In this document: one piece after another, positions 1-9,554 of the stretch | Numbering within the stretch: the first letter of the stretch is position 1 | How the letters are laid out: the number at the start of each line of letters is the position of its first letter | Origin: a virus | Lineage: Duplodnaviria; Caudoviricetes | IMG/VR virus record: IMGVR_UViG_3300042898_004255 | Location: 1-55,909 of that record | DNA: 55,909 bases | Strand: one strand, 5' to 3' | Notes under the pieces: generated by a model | Seen by the model: the letters and a program-made list of their open reading frames with translations, nothing else | What the model was told of the DNA's origin: nothing | Databases searched by the model: none | Translations under genes and position numbers: made by a program

Positions 1-560
1 GCAAAATGTGCTGAGTAAAATCTAGCCGGAACGGGTTCAGTTAATGATTCAAAGTTTTCAATTGAAGCGGGTAGGAAAAAAACCGCACCTTCAGGTATGA
101 ATCTATCAAAATTCATTTTCCAAGGAACATTGGTACGACCACTTGGATCGTTTTCGGGGTCAAAAGAAGATATATAAGAAGTTATTAAAGGTTTTTCATG
201 TCCTTTATCTTGTAATTGTTTAAACATAGTAATACATTCAACATCCCAATCTTGGATAAATCTATGATGTGAATCTAATTGTAACGTGTATTGCTCATCG
301 TCATAAAGTTGTTGTAATTTATTTCTAGCCCAACAAGCACCTTCAGAAATACTATAATCAATATCAATAATTTTAAATCTTGGGTCAGATTTAAATTCAT
401 CTAAATTATCCCACTCGTCTTCTATTGAATGTTGCCACGAAATCGCGAAAATTAAATTTTCAGGATATTTAGCTTTTTCTAAACAATCTTTAATCGTTAA
501 AACTAATTGCGGGTCTCGGTATGACGCAATTTGAATAAATATTTTATCGTTATTTAACAT
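1..560 (-). CDS. Glycosyltransferase, Gnt1/GT60-like GlcNAc transferase (partial, runs off window start)
   Basis: Manual translation from ATG at 560: MLNNDKIFIQIASYRDPQL...GACWAR...YTLQLDSHHRF; the IASYRD and QLDSH motifs are typical of this family. Not in the ORF track. Confidence 0.8.
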   Translation of the reverse strand, partial: MLNNDKIFIQIASYRDPQLVLTIKDCLEKAKYPENLIFAISWQHSIEDEWDNLDEFKSDPRFKIIDIDYSISEGACWARNKLQQLYDDEQYTLQLDSHHRFIQDWDVECITMFKQLQDKGHEKPLITSYISSFDPENDPSGRTNVPWKMNFDRFIPEGAVFFLPASIENFESLTEPVPARFYSAHF

Positions 561-642
561 ATGTGATTTTAGAAAAAAATAAAACTTTTTTTATAAATAG
601 TAAAGTCATATTTTTTTATTATATTGCAGAAAAAAAGAAAAT

Positions 643-987
643 ATGAAAACTAATTACCAACCAATCGTAGTAAAAAAATCAACACAAATGTTAGAAGTTT
701 TAGAAGAGTTGGATTTTTTTACCGAACATGAAATCAAAAATAAACAATACGTTTTTGATTATTTTTGTGACGTTTTTACGGAAAAATTTATTAATGGAGA
801 AATTAATGATAACGATATTAAAATCAACGAATATGAATTTCATAAATACTTAACGGAAATCATCTTAATTAGTACCTTACAATCTTTAAAAGAAAATAAT
901 CTTGTGGATTCAATTGAAGATGAAAATAATGAAGAAGTATTTTTTCTTACCGAGTTAGGAAAAAATACAGTTAGTAAAATTAAATAG
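643..987 (+). CDS. Hypothetical protein, possible C-terminal winged helix
   Basis: 114-aa ORF; C-terminal LQSLKENNLV...FFLTELGK resembles a wHTH wing. Confidence 0.5.
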   Translation: MKTNYQPIVVKKSTQMLEVLEELDFFTEHEIKNKQYVFDYFCDVFTEKFINGEINDNDIKINEYEFHKYLTEIILISTLQSLKENNLVDSIEDENNEEVFFLTELGKNTVSKIK

Positions 988-988
988 A

Positions 989-1747
989 TTACAACTCAAA
1001 AGTTTTCAAGAAATCCTTACCTGATTGTTTATAACTTTCTTTACTTTCATCGTTTGGATTTTTTGTAAATTGCCAATTCCAAGAGAGTTCGTCTTTAACG
1101 TCAAATCCAAAAAAAGACAAAACTTTTTTTTGTGTATCAACCACATTTTCACCATTCCAATTTTGACCAATGGCAATAATACCACAGGAAATATCTTTCA
1201 ATAGATTAGACTCACCTAACGTAGAATGTCTATTCTCTAACCATGTCAATCTTTCTATTAGATTTTGATATACCGCATTCATTTGTCCCCATCTTATTGA
1301 ACCAAAAAATAGAACAGTATCACTTTCAAATAAACTTTTACTTATTTTCCATAACTCATCGTCAGGATTATTGATATTTCTCCAACACCTATGTTGTCCA
1401 GTTGGGTTCTTTTCTTTATCGTCTAATGATGCTTTTTTAAGTCCACATTGATTTCCATCCATGTGAGAAACATTCGCCTCACAAGTATAAATTTTTAAAT
1501 CAGGAACTTCTATTAAAGTAACTTTATTTTTCCCAATAAAATCTTGGATGGCTTTAGCTAATTTTGTCGATTTTGGTTCTTCTTTTAATTCTTTTTCCGC
1601 CCATCCACCTCTATTTGAAGTTGTTAGTATTAAAATTTTTTTTCTTTTTTCTAAAAATTTTATAGTTTTAATTAATTTTTTGTAGTGAACATCATCTTTT
1701 TGTAATGTTAAGTCTATATCTTCAAATAAATGGGAAAGTTTCATCAT
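989..1747 (-). CDS. Flavodoxin-fold NAD(P)H-dependent FMN reductase / iron-sulfur flavoprotein-like protein
   Basis: ILILTTSNR...KSTKLA FMN-binding loop, Cys cluster (C-EANVS...C...CW), SDTVLFFGSIRWG; extra N-terminal MKLSHLFED peptide. Confidence 0.8.
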   Translation of the reverse strand: MMKLSHLFEDIDLTLQKDDVHYKKLIKTIKFLEKRKKILILTTSNRGGWAEKELKEEPKSTKLAKAIQDFIGKNKVTLIEVPDLKIYTCEANVSHMDGNQCGLKKASLDDKEKNPTGQHRCWRNINNPDDELWKISKSLFESDTVLFFGSIRWGQMNAVYQNLIERLTWLENRHSTLGESNLLKDISCGIIAIGQNWNGENVVDTQKKVLSFFGFDVKDELSWNWQFTKNPNDESKESYKQSGKDFLKTFEL

Positions 1748-2064
1748 TTAAGTTTTTTTTCAACAACTTGATTTGACATTTTTTTATGTTCTTTAATTTT
1801 GTTTTTAAGTTGTTTTATAATGTTATGTGTATTATTTAAATTTTCTGATACTGTTTTTATTCTTGATTTAGATATTACTTTTAATCCTTCAGGCATGGAA
1901 TCATTAACTTTTCTAAGTTCCTTTATGGTCTCGACAAGTTGATTTTCAAATTCTTCAATCTTAAACTGTATTTTATTATAATCTTCTCTACGAATTTTTT
2001 TTGTGTCTTCGTAGAGAATTTCTTTTATTTTATTTAATATTAATTTTTCATTAATATTCTCCAT
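1744..2064 (-). CDS. Hypothetical coiled-coil protein
   Basis: Start probably at MENINE (2064), which avoids overlap with the upstream gene; overlaps next gene by 4 nt. Confidence 0.55.
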   Translation of the reverse strand: MENINEKLILNKIKEILYEDTKKIRREDYNKIQFKIEEFENQLVETIKELRKVNDSMPEGLKVISKSRIKTVSENLNNTHNIIKQLKNKIKEHKKMSNQVVEKKLK

Positions 2065-2089
2065 AATATTATGTTTTTTACATTTTATT

Positions 2090-2329
2090 TTATACTGTAA
2101 ATTCTCTGTCTTCTGATTTTGATAATTCACCGTCTCTCCTCATACCATCTTTAATGTACGTTCTAATAAGTTTAGATACGGTCATTTTTTTATGTTCAGC
2201 AACTTTTTCAATCTCTCTAAAATACGCAGGAACGACTCTAAAAGATAACATTCTAACTAATTGTTTTGATTTATGAACAGGAGGATTAAACTCAGTTTCT
2301 TTCATATTTTGTTGTGGGGATAATTTCAT
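2090..2329 (-). CDS. Ribbon-helix-helix (CopG/Arc-like) DNA-binding protein
   Basis: LSFRV strand followed by EIEKVAEHKKMTVSKLIRTYI helices. Confidence 0.7.
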   Translation of the reverse strand: MKLSPQQNMKETEFNPPVHKSKQLVRMLSFRVVPAYFREIEKVAEHKKMTVSKLIRTYIKDGMRRDGELSKSEDREFTV

Positions 2330-2354
2330 AATTTGATTATTTTTATTATAAATA

Positions 2355-2386
2355 TTTGTTATTGAAGAAATATTTCAGTATATTTG
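2355..2386 (+). promoter_or_regulatory. Bacteroidota-type primary sigma promoter (-33/-7)
   Basis: TTTG (2355-2358), 20-nt spacer, TATATTTG (2379-2386), upstream of ATG 2404. Confidence 0.7.
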
Positions 2387-2403
2387 AAATATAAAAAAAA
2401 ATC

Positions 2404-2760
2404 ATGCTAAAAGAAACATCAATTGTAGATCCAGTAGAATACTGTGAAAAAAAATACCCAGAAACTACGTCTGAGTTTAAAAAAATAATGCAAGACCAAT
2501 ATTTGTTGTTTTGTAAAAAACAAATGAATTACGGTCCAGATAATTTATCAGCGGGAACGAGATTGGAAACAAAAGAAGAAGTTAAATTTTCTTTAACAGG
2601 TTTGTTTTTTAGAATGAATGATAAAGTACAAAGATTAAAACAATTGGTAGTTTTAGGTACCGAAGACTCTGTAGATGAACCAATTGAAGATACTTACCAA
2701 GATTTAAGTGTTTACGGTATCATTGCACAAATTATTAAAAAACAAAAATGGGGTAAATAA
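2404..2760 (+). CDS. DUF1599 / nucleotide-modification-associated domain 1 protein
   Basis: KKQMNYGPDN...RMNDKVQRL...EPIEDTYQDLSVYGII motif pattern. Confidence 0.75.
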   Translation: MLKETSIVDPVEYCEKKYPETTSEFKKIMQDQYLLFCKKQMNYGPDNLSAGTRLETKEEVKFSLTGLFFRMNDKVQRLKQLVVLGTEDSVDEPIEDTYQDLSVYGIIAQIIKKQKWGK

Positions 2761-2791
2761 TCGTTTAAAAAAAATTAATTAAAATATTTAT

Positions 2792-3184
2792 ATGGAAAGA
2801 ACAACGAACTTTATGAAGAACAATTTAAAAAATCCTACGTTTCTTTTATTCTTAGATTCAATAAATTCAACTATTTTATCTAACATTAAAACAGAGACTT
2901 ATTTTTCTTTAAATAAAGAAAAGAAAATAACTTTTCAGTACTTAACTTTAAAAGTTATTTTACAAACTATTAAAGTTAGAGCAAAATTAACAGACAAAGA
3001 ATTGTATGAATTTGTAGAAGTTCTTTTAGATAAAAATGAGGAGTCTGAAAACTTTGAATTGGCGGGAATACTAGTAGATATTTTAAAAGATTTTCAGACA
3101 TTAAATAATATGTTAAAAGATTACTATAAACCTAAAAGAACAATTAAAGTTGATAAAAAAAATACAGATGAACTAGAACAATAG
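2792..3184 (+). CDS. Hypothetical protein
   Basis: 130-aa ORF; weak UVR-like EESENFELAG segment. Confidence 0.5.
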   Translation: MERTTNFMKNNLKNPTFLLFLDSINSTILSNIKTETYFSLNKEKKITFQYLTLKVILQTIKVRAKLTDKELYEFVEVLLDKNEESENFELAGILVDILKDFQTLNNMLKDYYKPKRTIKVDKKNTDELEQ

Positions 3185-3197
3185 TTCATCTGTATTC

Positions 3198-3407
3198 CTA
3201 TACAATCTCAGCAATAGGTATTAAAGTTAAGAACAAATAAAACTTTTCTTCATTACTATTATGTTTTAAGACCATATCACAATCCCAATAACTTTTTAAC
3301 GAATCAATAAATTCTTCTTTCATTTGACTTTCTTTTATTCTCTTACGTACATAATATACGTTTCCTTGATAGTTTATTAGTTCTTTACAGTTTATCATCA
3401 TTCGCAT
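3198..3407 (-). CDS. Hypothetical protein
   Basis: Short ORF coupled to the end of the nuclease gene. Confidence 0.5.
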   Translation of the reverse strand: MRMMINCKELINYQGNVYYVRKRIKESQMKEEFIDSLKSYWDCDMVLKHNSNEEKFYLFLTLIPIAEIV

Positions 3408-3985
3408 TTAATTTCACAGTCATACCATTTTATTATTTGTTTTTCATTTGTAAAAAAAAAACATCTATTTTTTTGTGTTCTTTCAAAAAATATTTGTTTA
3501 ATAAAAGCCGAAGGAACAGTAGCACCTGTCGATAATTTCGCACTATTCTGATCGAATATCACCTTAATTTTTACAGTTAAAGGTTCTTTATTGTCCCATA
3601 CTCTTTCTCGTTCTTCAAGTAATCTCCACTCTCCTCTATTTAGATATTGGTTCTGTAAAACACAATTTAAAAATGAATACGTTTCTTTTAAGTTACTTAT
3701 ATTGTCCGAAAAAGAACCAGCGGGAACTAAATGTCCTTTATCGTAAATGTTATTGTGGTAATCTAAATTATTAGATGTATGGACACCTTTTTCTAAATAA
3801 AAATTTAAGTTTTTACCCCTAACTCTTGATTGTCTATTTGTTGAACGATATGTTATTTCTAAAGGTTGTTCTAATTTCTGTGAATATAACACAGAATAGA
3901 TTGTTTTTTTAATAAAAACAGTATCGTTTTGACCATTAAGTATTATGGGTATAAATAAAATAAAAAACAATATTCTTTTTTTCAT
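3398..3985 (-). CDS. Secreted DNA/RNA non-specific endonuclease (NucA/EndA-like)
   Basis: YDKGHLVPA (DRGH-type) motif, N...Q...LNRGEWRLLE; N-terminal signal peptide ending ILNG|Q. Confidence 0.85.
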   Translation of the reverse strand: MKKRILFFILFIPIILNGQNDTVFIKKTIYSVLYSQKLEQPLEITYRSTNRQSRVRGKNLNFYLEKGVHTSNNLDYHNNIYDKGHLVPAGSFSDNISNLKETYSFLNCVLQNQYLNRGEWRLLEERERVWDNKEPLTVKIKVIFDQNSAKLSTGATVPSAFIKQIFFERTQKNRCFFFTNEKQIIKWYDCEIKCE

Positions 3986-4536
3986 AAATTATTTTTTTTA
4001 ATATAATTAAATATATTTTTTGTTGTGTCAGATTCTAATTTAAACTCAATAAATGGTATATCATTTGTTTCTAACTTATTTTTAATTTGTTTATCTATCT
4101 CTTTCGCTTCATATATATTCTGAAATCTTCCATTTTCATTATATGTTTTATCGTCTCTTAATAACAAGATATTTAAACTATTATATTTTTTAAATAGTGA
4201 TAAAATAAAATCATCAAAAGAATCATCATAAAAAGATGATGGATAAGATGGTTGAATATCATAAAATTGTTTATAAATAATCCCTAGAATAATTGGGGAA
4301 TCAACAATAATGTATTTTACTTTATTATATAATCTACTAATATTTCTATGTTGATTACCAGTAATATAAAATTGGTCTTTTATTGCAGAATAATTTTCTT
4401 CCCACGCAACAATTTTTGGGAATTCAAATGTTAATTCTACATCCATGTGTTCTTTTTTCATTTCAGTGAATAAACCAGAAGATGTGGTGGATTTACCGAT
4501 TCCAGGACCACCAAAAAAATTTATAATTAAACTCAT
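3982..4536 (-). CDS. P-loop kinase, NadR/AAA_28-like
   Basis: INFFGGPGIGKST Walker A, IIVDSPI, GRFQ motif. Confidence 0.75.
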   Translation of the reverse strand: MSLIINFFGGPGIGKSTTSSGLFTEMKKEHMDVELTFEFPKIVAWEENYSAIKDQFYITGNQHRNISRLYNKVKYIIVDSPIILGIIYKQFYDIQPSYPSSFYDDSFDDFILSLFKKYNSLNILLLRDDKTYNENGRFQNIYEAKEIDKQIKNKLETNDIPFIEFKLESDTTKNIFNYIKKNNL

Positions 4537-4546
4537 TTTTTTTTGA

Positions 4547-4577
4547 CAAAAGTAAGATTTTTTTTATAATTTATCAA
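4547..4577 (-). promoter_or_regulatory. Bacteroidota-type promoter
   Basis: Minus strand TTG, 20-nt spacer, TACTTTTG (4554-4547), upstream of ATG 4536. Confidence 0.55.
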
Positions 4578-4631
4578 TCTTTTTATTTTTATTTCTTGAT
4601 TTAAAAGTATTTATATTAAGAAATAAATTAT

Positions 4632-4940
4632 ATGGAAATAGATTCTTTGTATACGGTAATTATAACAACAATAACTATTTTAGGGTCCGCCAGTGCTTGG
4701 AGGTTTTATGAAAAAAAGGCATTGATGAAAGAACGATCAGAAAATTTTATGAAGGATGATTGTAGGGAAAGAATATCTAAATTAGAAATTTTGTTAGAAA
4801 AATCATCTTCTGAAAAAAACGACATGAGGGATAAAATTTTGGATCTAACCAGAGAAGTAGCAGAACTTAGAGTTAAAGTTGAATTTTTGGAAGATAAAAA
4901 TAAAGAATTAATTAAGAAAACAGGAAACCCACATTTATAA
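4632..4940 (+). CDS. Single-TM coiled-coil protein, possible holin/lysis accessory
   Basis: N-terminal hydrophobic helix plus coiled coil; lies upstream of the endolysin. Confidence 0.5.
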   Translation: MEIDSLYTVIITTITILGSASAWRFYEKKALMKERSENFMKDDCRERISKLEILLEKSSSEKNDMRDKILDLTREVAELRVKVEFLEDKNKELIKKTGNPHL

Positions 4941-4947
4941 AAATAAA

Positions 4948-5514
4948 TTAAAAAGTTTTACAAAAAGAATCGAATACTTTGATTATTTCATTTAATGAAT
5001 CATAAGTAAAACATTCAGAATAACCGTGAAAATTTTCAAGTATAGGTCTAAATTTTTTTACACCTATATTTTTTTTTAATTTATTTTTTATTTTTTCTTC
5101 TATTGATTCTGCGTTTTTAGAATCTATCCTTCTTAAAATAGTTTGTAAAACATATCCCTCGTACCCATATTCTTTACTGAATCGACGAAAGATAAATTTT
5201 TTAGAAGTAATACCTACTTTTATAAAAACATCACCAGTCTTCTCTTCTTTCATTACAATCAAATAAAGACATTTTGGTAATTCTTTAATTATTCTTTCTT
5301 TTTTATCTTTATGTTTTGATAATTTTTTTAAAACATACGTTTTTGCATCTTCAAGTTTATTAAATTCTTTTACGTCTCTATATTTGTTCGGAAAGTATTT
5401 TTTAAATCTAGGTGAATATATTATTTTACCACTATCAACAACAATAACTTTTTTACTCGATACTATTTTCTCGTAAAAAGAATAAAATCCTAATTTAAAT
5501 AATGGTTCATTCAT
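4948..5514 (-). CDS. GIY-YIG superfamily (T5orf172/MUG113-like) nuclease
   Basis: LYLIVM...FIKVGITS...RRF...AESIE...SECF motif order. Confidence 0.65.
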   Translation of the reverse strand: MNEPLFKLGFYSFYEKIVSSKKVIVVDSGKIIYSPRFKKYFPNKYRDVKEFNKLEDAKTYVLKKLSKHKDKKERIIKELPKCLYLIVMKEEKTGDVFIKVGITSKKFIFRRFSKEYGYEGYVLQTILRRIDSKNAESIEEKIKNKLKKNIGVKKFRPILENFHGYSECFTYDSLNEIIKVFDSFCKTF

Positions 5515-5581
5515 TTTTTATTGTTTTATTTATATATATTCATCTTTTTTCTTTTAACAAAAATATTTATAAATAAAAAAG

Positions 5582-6394
5582 ATGAATTTAAAGATTGGTT
5601 CAACTGGTGATAATGTAAAAAAATTACAAGTAAAATTACTTTTAAACCCTGACGGTGATTTTGGTATTATAACTGAAACTGCGGTTAAAAAATGGCAAAA
5701 AGAAAATGCTTTAAATCCTGATGGAATAGTGTCAGAAATTGTTTGGAATAAAATGTTCAATATTGTTGTTGAACAAAAATCAACAGGGTCATTAAATTTA
5801 GATAAATTAAAAGGACATGTCCCTATTTCAGTTTTAAATCAAATACCAAATACTATCACAAGTTTTGGTATAAATACACCACTAAGACTTGCACATTTTT
5901 TGGCACAATGTGCACATGAAAGTGGAGGATTTAAATTGGTGCAAGAGAATTTAAATTATAGTGCGAATGGTCTTATGGAAATTTTTGGTAAGTATTTTCC
6001 AACAAAACAACTAGCAGAACAATATCAAAGAAAACCTGTTTTAATAGCATCTAAAGTATATGGTAATAGAATGGGGAACGGTGATGAAAAAACAAAAGAA
6101 GGTTTTAAATTTAGAGGACGTGGGTATATTCAATTAACAGGAAAACAAAACTATACCGCATTCGGAAAATCGATTAATGAGGATATTGTTAGTAACCCAG
6201 ATAAAGTTGCAACACATTACCCCTTATTATCTGCAGCGTGGTTTTTTACCAAAAATGGATTACACAAAATTGCAGATAAAGGAGCAACCAACGCAATTGT
6301 CACACAAATATCGAAAAGAGTAAATGGTGGAACAATAGGTCTAGAAGATAGAATAAAATATTTTAAAAAATTTTATGAGTTATTAAAACCATAG
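5582..6394 (+). CDS. Endolysin: PG-binding domain + GH19 glycoside hydrolase
   Basis: LKIGSTGDNVKKLQ...DGDFG...AVKKWQ PG_binding_1; LAHFLAQCAHESGGF, FRGRGYIQLTG, VNGGTIGLEDR. Confidence 0.92.
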   Translation: MNLKIGSTGDNVKKLQVKLLLNPDGDFGIITETAVKKWQKENALNPDGIVSEIVWNKMFNIVVEQKSTGSLNLDKLKGHVPISVLNQIPNTITSFGINTPLRLAHFLAQCAHESGGFKLVQENLNYSANGLMEIFGKYFPTKQLAEQYQRKPVLIASKVYGNRMGNGDEKTKEGFKFRGRGYIQLTGKQNYTAFGKSINEDIVSNPDKVATHYPLLSAAWFFTKNGLHKIADKGATNAIVTQISKRVNGGTIGLEDRIKYFKKFYELLKP

Positions 6395-6396
6395 GA

Positions 6397-8046
6397 TTAA
6401 TACCTAACCCTACGGTTTGATTCTTCAATATCACCAACATCAGGTGATACGTCTTTATTTAAAGCAGTAAAAAATTTAGCTTGTACAATTTGTTCTTCTT
6501 CTTGTTGATGATCTTCTAAAAATTTTAACCAAGAACGTTCTGTTAAAAAATAACCTTTGTTGTTAATAGGGTCCTTTATACAATAAAATTTATTATTATC
6601 TATAGTTGATTGAAAGAATAATACAGAATATTTTTTATTTAATAAAGTATTAGTTGCATCATCTTTAACTTTATAACTCATTAAAGGTTTACGAGAATTA
6701 AGTGAATATACTGGTTCATATATTACACCATTTTTTTCATACCATTCAGATTTAGTAACATCCGCTATTCCGTATAATTTTTTAGTTTTTTTATCCATTA
6801 ATATAACTATGTCTGAATTTTTTACATTAGTATGTGCAACTGTAGTGTCAAATCTAATCATGAAAATACGTTTCATCATATATGATATACCACCATGACC
6901 TAATACGCCAATTTTTCTATCTAAATTATTAAAATGAGATTTTTCTTTTTTTATTTCTTCGAATAACTCGTAAGTTTCAAATCTAAGGAAAAGATTTTCT
7001 AAAGTTGTTGTATTTATGTATAACGATTTTAATTCATCATTCATTGAACGCCATGATTCGGGTTTTTTTAAATATCCACCAGCGTTAATGAACCCCTCTT
7101 TAATGTGATTTGGTTCTTTTCTAAATTCATATGGTCCTGGGTCTTCATTAACTCGTCCAACTCTAGTAGAGTCAATTAATTCTTCATTAGTAAATTCTTT
7201 TTCAACTATTAAATCTTTATGTTGTGCAATTTTTGGATAATTTTTAATTACATTTTCCCAACTATTAATAGTTTTATTTGTTAGTGATGTTAAAACATAT
7301 CTATAATTTTCGTCATATATTCCTTTAGTGTTAAATTGTAAAGCACCCATGAAATATTCATCAGTATTTTCATCTTTAGATTCGTCAATTACAAAATAAA
7401 AACTTTTACCATCACTTCTATAATTTGACCACAAATTACTACCTGGAAGTGGATGTGTTACACACCAAAAACCACCATCTTTACCTGTTTGTTTTTTATA
7501 AATTTTTTCTCTATAATAATGTCCGAATTTAACAGATTCCATCATATCTGGTATTTTATAAACTCTGAAATCGCCCTCATCAATAATTTTAAATTTATCA
7601 CCATACCAAAGGTCTCTTCCCAATTGTATTATATTTTCTTTTGGTTTTAGTGTATATAAATCGCCACGTCTGATATTTTCATTTTCATCCAAAATAGGTG
7701 GATGGTATTGATTTACTAAAAAATTTATTTGTTGAAATGTGTACTTTGTTATATCTTTTAAATTTGATTCATCAAAATTTTCAAAACCTAATGTTCCGTC
7801 AAATCTAGCTAAAAAACTATTAACATTTCCCTGATTTGGGTTTAAATTATCTTTAAAAGCACTATATCTATCATAAATTTGTTCAACGTTTTCCTCAGTC
7901 AAGTTAGGTTCTTCATTTCTCCATTTTTCAAGTAATGAATTAAGTAAAGGTCTACTTATTTTTGCTTCAGATAAAAATTTTCTAACACTAATTCTTTTTA
8001 TTAATTTCTTTAATTGGTTTTCTGTTATTACTATTTGTTTCCTCAC
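6397..8046 (-). CDS. Putative virion-internal protein with ITE-type N-terminal tag and conserved 'WC..YR..FYF' domain
   Basis: Starts MRKQIVITENQLKKL; FWCVT...SNLWSNYR..GKSFYFVID is shared with 51360..52415. Confidence 0.6.
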   Translation of the reverse strand: MRKQIVITENQLKKLIKRISVRKFLSEAKISRPLLNSLLEKWRNEEPNLTEENVEQIYDRYSAFKDNLNPNQGNVNSFLARFDGTLGFENFDESNLKDITKYTFQQINFLVNQYHPPILDENENIRRGDLYTLKPKENIIQLGRDLWYGDKFKIIDEGDFRVYKIPDMMESVKFGHYYREKIYKKQTGKDGGFWCVTHPLPGSNLWSNYRSDGKSFYFVIDESKDENTDEYFMGALQFNTKGIYDENYRYVLTSLTNKTINSWENVIKNYPKIAQHKDLIVEKEFTNEELIDSTRVGRVNEDPGPYEFRKEPNHIKEGFINAGGYLKKPESWRSMNDELKSLYINTTTLENLFLRFETYELFEEIKKEKSHFNNLDRKIGVLGHGGISYMMKRIFMIRFDTTVAHTNVKNSDIVILMDKKTKKLYGIADVTKSEWYEKNGVIYEPVYSLNSRKPLMSYKVKDDATNTLLNKKYSVLFFQSTIDNNKFYCIKDPINNKGYFLTERSWLKFLEDHQQEEEQIVQAKFFTALNKDVSPDVGDIEESNRRVRY

Positions 8047-8156
8047 TTCTTATTTTATTTTATAAATATTTTTATTTTTAATAAAATCAACATTAATTAC
8101 ACATTCTTTATTATAAATGTTGATATTTATAAATATAATATTAAACATAAAATACC

Positions 8157-8567
8157 ATGGTAAATTACAAAATAGAAGAACTTGAACAAATTGACTCAAT
8201 TACTGCTGAAAAATTAAGAAGTGTCGGAATAAATACAGTTCTTAAATTATTGGAAAATACAAAAACAACTAAACAAAGAGAAGAAATTTCTAATAAAACA
8301 GGAATTGATGTTAGTCAAATTCTTAGATATACTAATATGGCTGATTTATTTAGAGTTCATGGTATTGGTAGAGAATATTCAGATCTTTTAGAACACTCTG
8401 GAGTTGACACTATCATAGAGTTATCAAAAAGAGATGCCATAAATTTAACTAAAAAAATAGAGGAAGTTAATAACGAATATAAATTTGTTAAAAAACTTCC
8501 ATTATTGAATGAAGTTCAAGATTGGATAAATCAATCAAAAGAATTGGAAAGATTTCTTGAATATTAA
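8157..8567 (+). CDS. DUF4332 helix-hairpin-helix protein
   Basis: AEKLRSVGI..., MADLFRVHGIGREYSDLLEHSGVDT, V.DWI.Q.K.L.R..EY. Confidence 0.85.
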   Translation: MVNYKIEELEQIDSITAEKLRSVGINTVLKLLENTKTTKQREEISNKTGIDVSQILRYTNMADLFRVHGIGREYSDLLEHSGVDTIIELSKRDAINLTKKIEEVNNEYKFVKKLPLLNEVQDWINQSKELERFLEY

Positions 8568-9118
8568 ATACCCTCTTCGTTATTTGCATTAATCAAGTCA
8601 TTCTCTATTCTTCTTCTCATACCATCTGTTAACTGATTATAAACATCGTCTCCGTATGTATGTCTTATGTCATTTTCTTCACGTAGATCTATAAATTGAC
8701 CTCCCGCTAAAAATCCTAAAACTTTTTCTAAATTAATTGTTCTCCAAGATTTATATGCAGCCTTTTCTTTTATTTGATTTTCATCCAAGTTTTCATCCGC
8801 TCTTAATTCTATCAAATTTTTTCGATACGCAACCATATCTATAACTCTTTTTACATTATTATTTCTTTGTAAATTAGCTTGTCTTTCAGTTTTTTCTTTC
8901 TCACTTGGAACATAGTTACTTATAAAACGTTTAATTAACATGTGTCTAACTTCTCCGTCATTTTTAACAAAAGCAACTCCCACCATTTGATTTTTATCTA
9001 ACGCATCTTTTAATTGAGTTAGATTTTTATAATCATCATATGTGAATGCCATTTCATCCATTCTAAGTTTATTTTCTAATAAACTTTTTAATTGTGATTC
9101 TGTAATTATTATTTTCAT
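8564..9118 (-). CDS. ITESQL-tagged protein with WYL_2/SH3-like domain
   Basis: True start probably MKIIITESQL at 9118; VAFVKNDGEVRHM...WRTIN motif. Confidence 0.55.
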   Translation of the reverse strand: MKIIITESQLKSLLENKLRMDEMAFTYDDYKNLTQLKDALDKNQMVGVAFVKNDGEVRHMLIKRFISNYVPSEKEKTERQANLQRNNNVKRVIDMVAYRKNLIELRADENLDENQIKEKAAYKSWRTINLEKVLGFLAGGQFIDLREENDIRHTYGDDVYNQLTDGMRRRIENDLINANNEEGI

Positions 9119-9122
9119 TTTA

Positions 9123-9554
9123 TTAAAATTTTCTTCCTGATGTGTTTGGTTTATTAATATTATTTGTTGGGGTTCTTTTAGTTGTGTTGTTATATATTTT
9201 TTCGGTTGTTCTCGGTTTAATTTGCACATTATTTAATTCGTCAACAGAATTTGAATTAAATCTGGACCAATAATCATTTCTTAATGGTGTATAAAATATA
9301 TCATCATAATAATATAAATGATTTGGTAAATCTTCTACTGTTTCATAAAAAGGAGAAACTCTATAACTATAATAAAAATCACGACGTATATTTCTATACG
9401 TATATAAACTATTTTGATAGTTTGGTAAGTGAGTTATTCTTCTATGTTTTTTTTCTTTTTTATAAATTGTATCAGTTTCAACGTAATATACATCATCTTG
9501 TGATTTTAATGTTGAAACTGAAAATAATAGAAATAATAAAAATATATTTTTCAT
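9123..9554 (-). CDS. Secreted hypothetical protein
   Basis: Signal peptide MKNIFLLFLLFSVSTLKS|Q; Tyr-rich middle and low-complexity tail. Confidence 0.6.
   Translation of the reverse strand: MKNIFLLFLLFSVSTLKSQDDVYYVETDTIYKKEKKHRRITHLPNYQNSLYTYRNIRRDFYYSYRVSPFYETVEDLPNHLYYYDDIFYTPLRNDYWSRFNSNSVDELNNVQIKPRTTEKIYNNTTKRTPTNNINKPNTSGRKF

Noticed and set aside
9119-9229. N-terminal extension of ORF 8564..9229
   Set aside because: Overlaps the upstream gene; the shared MKIIITESQL leader marks 9118 as the start.
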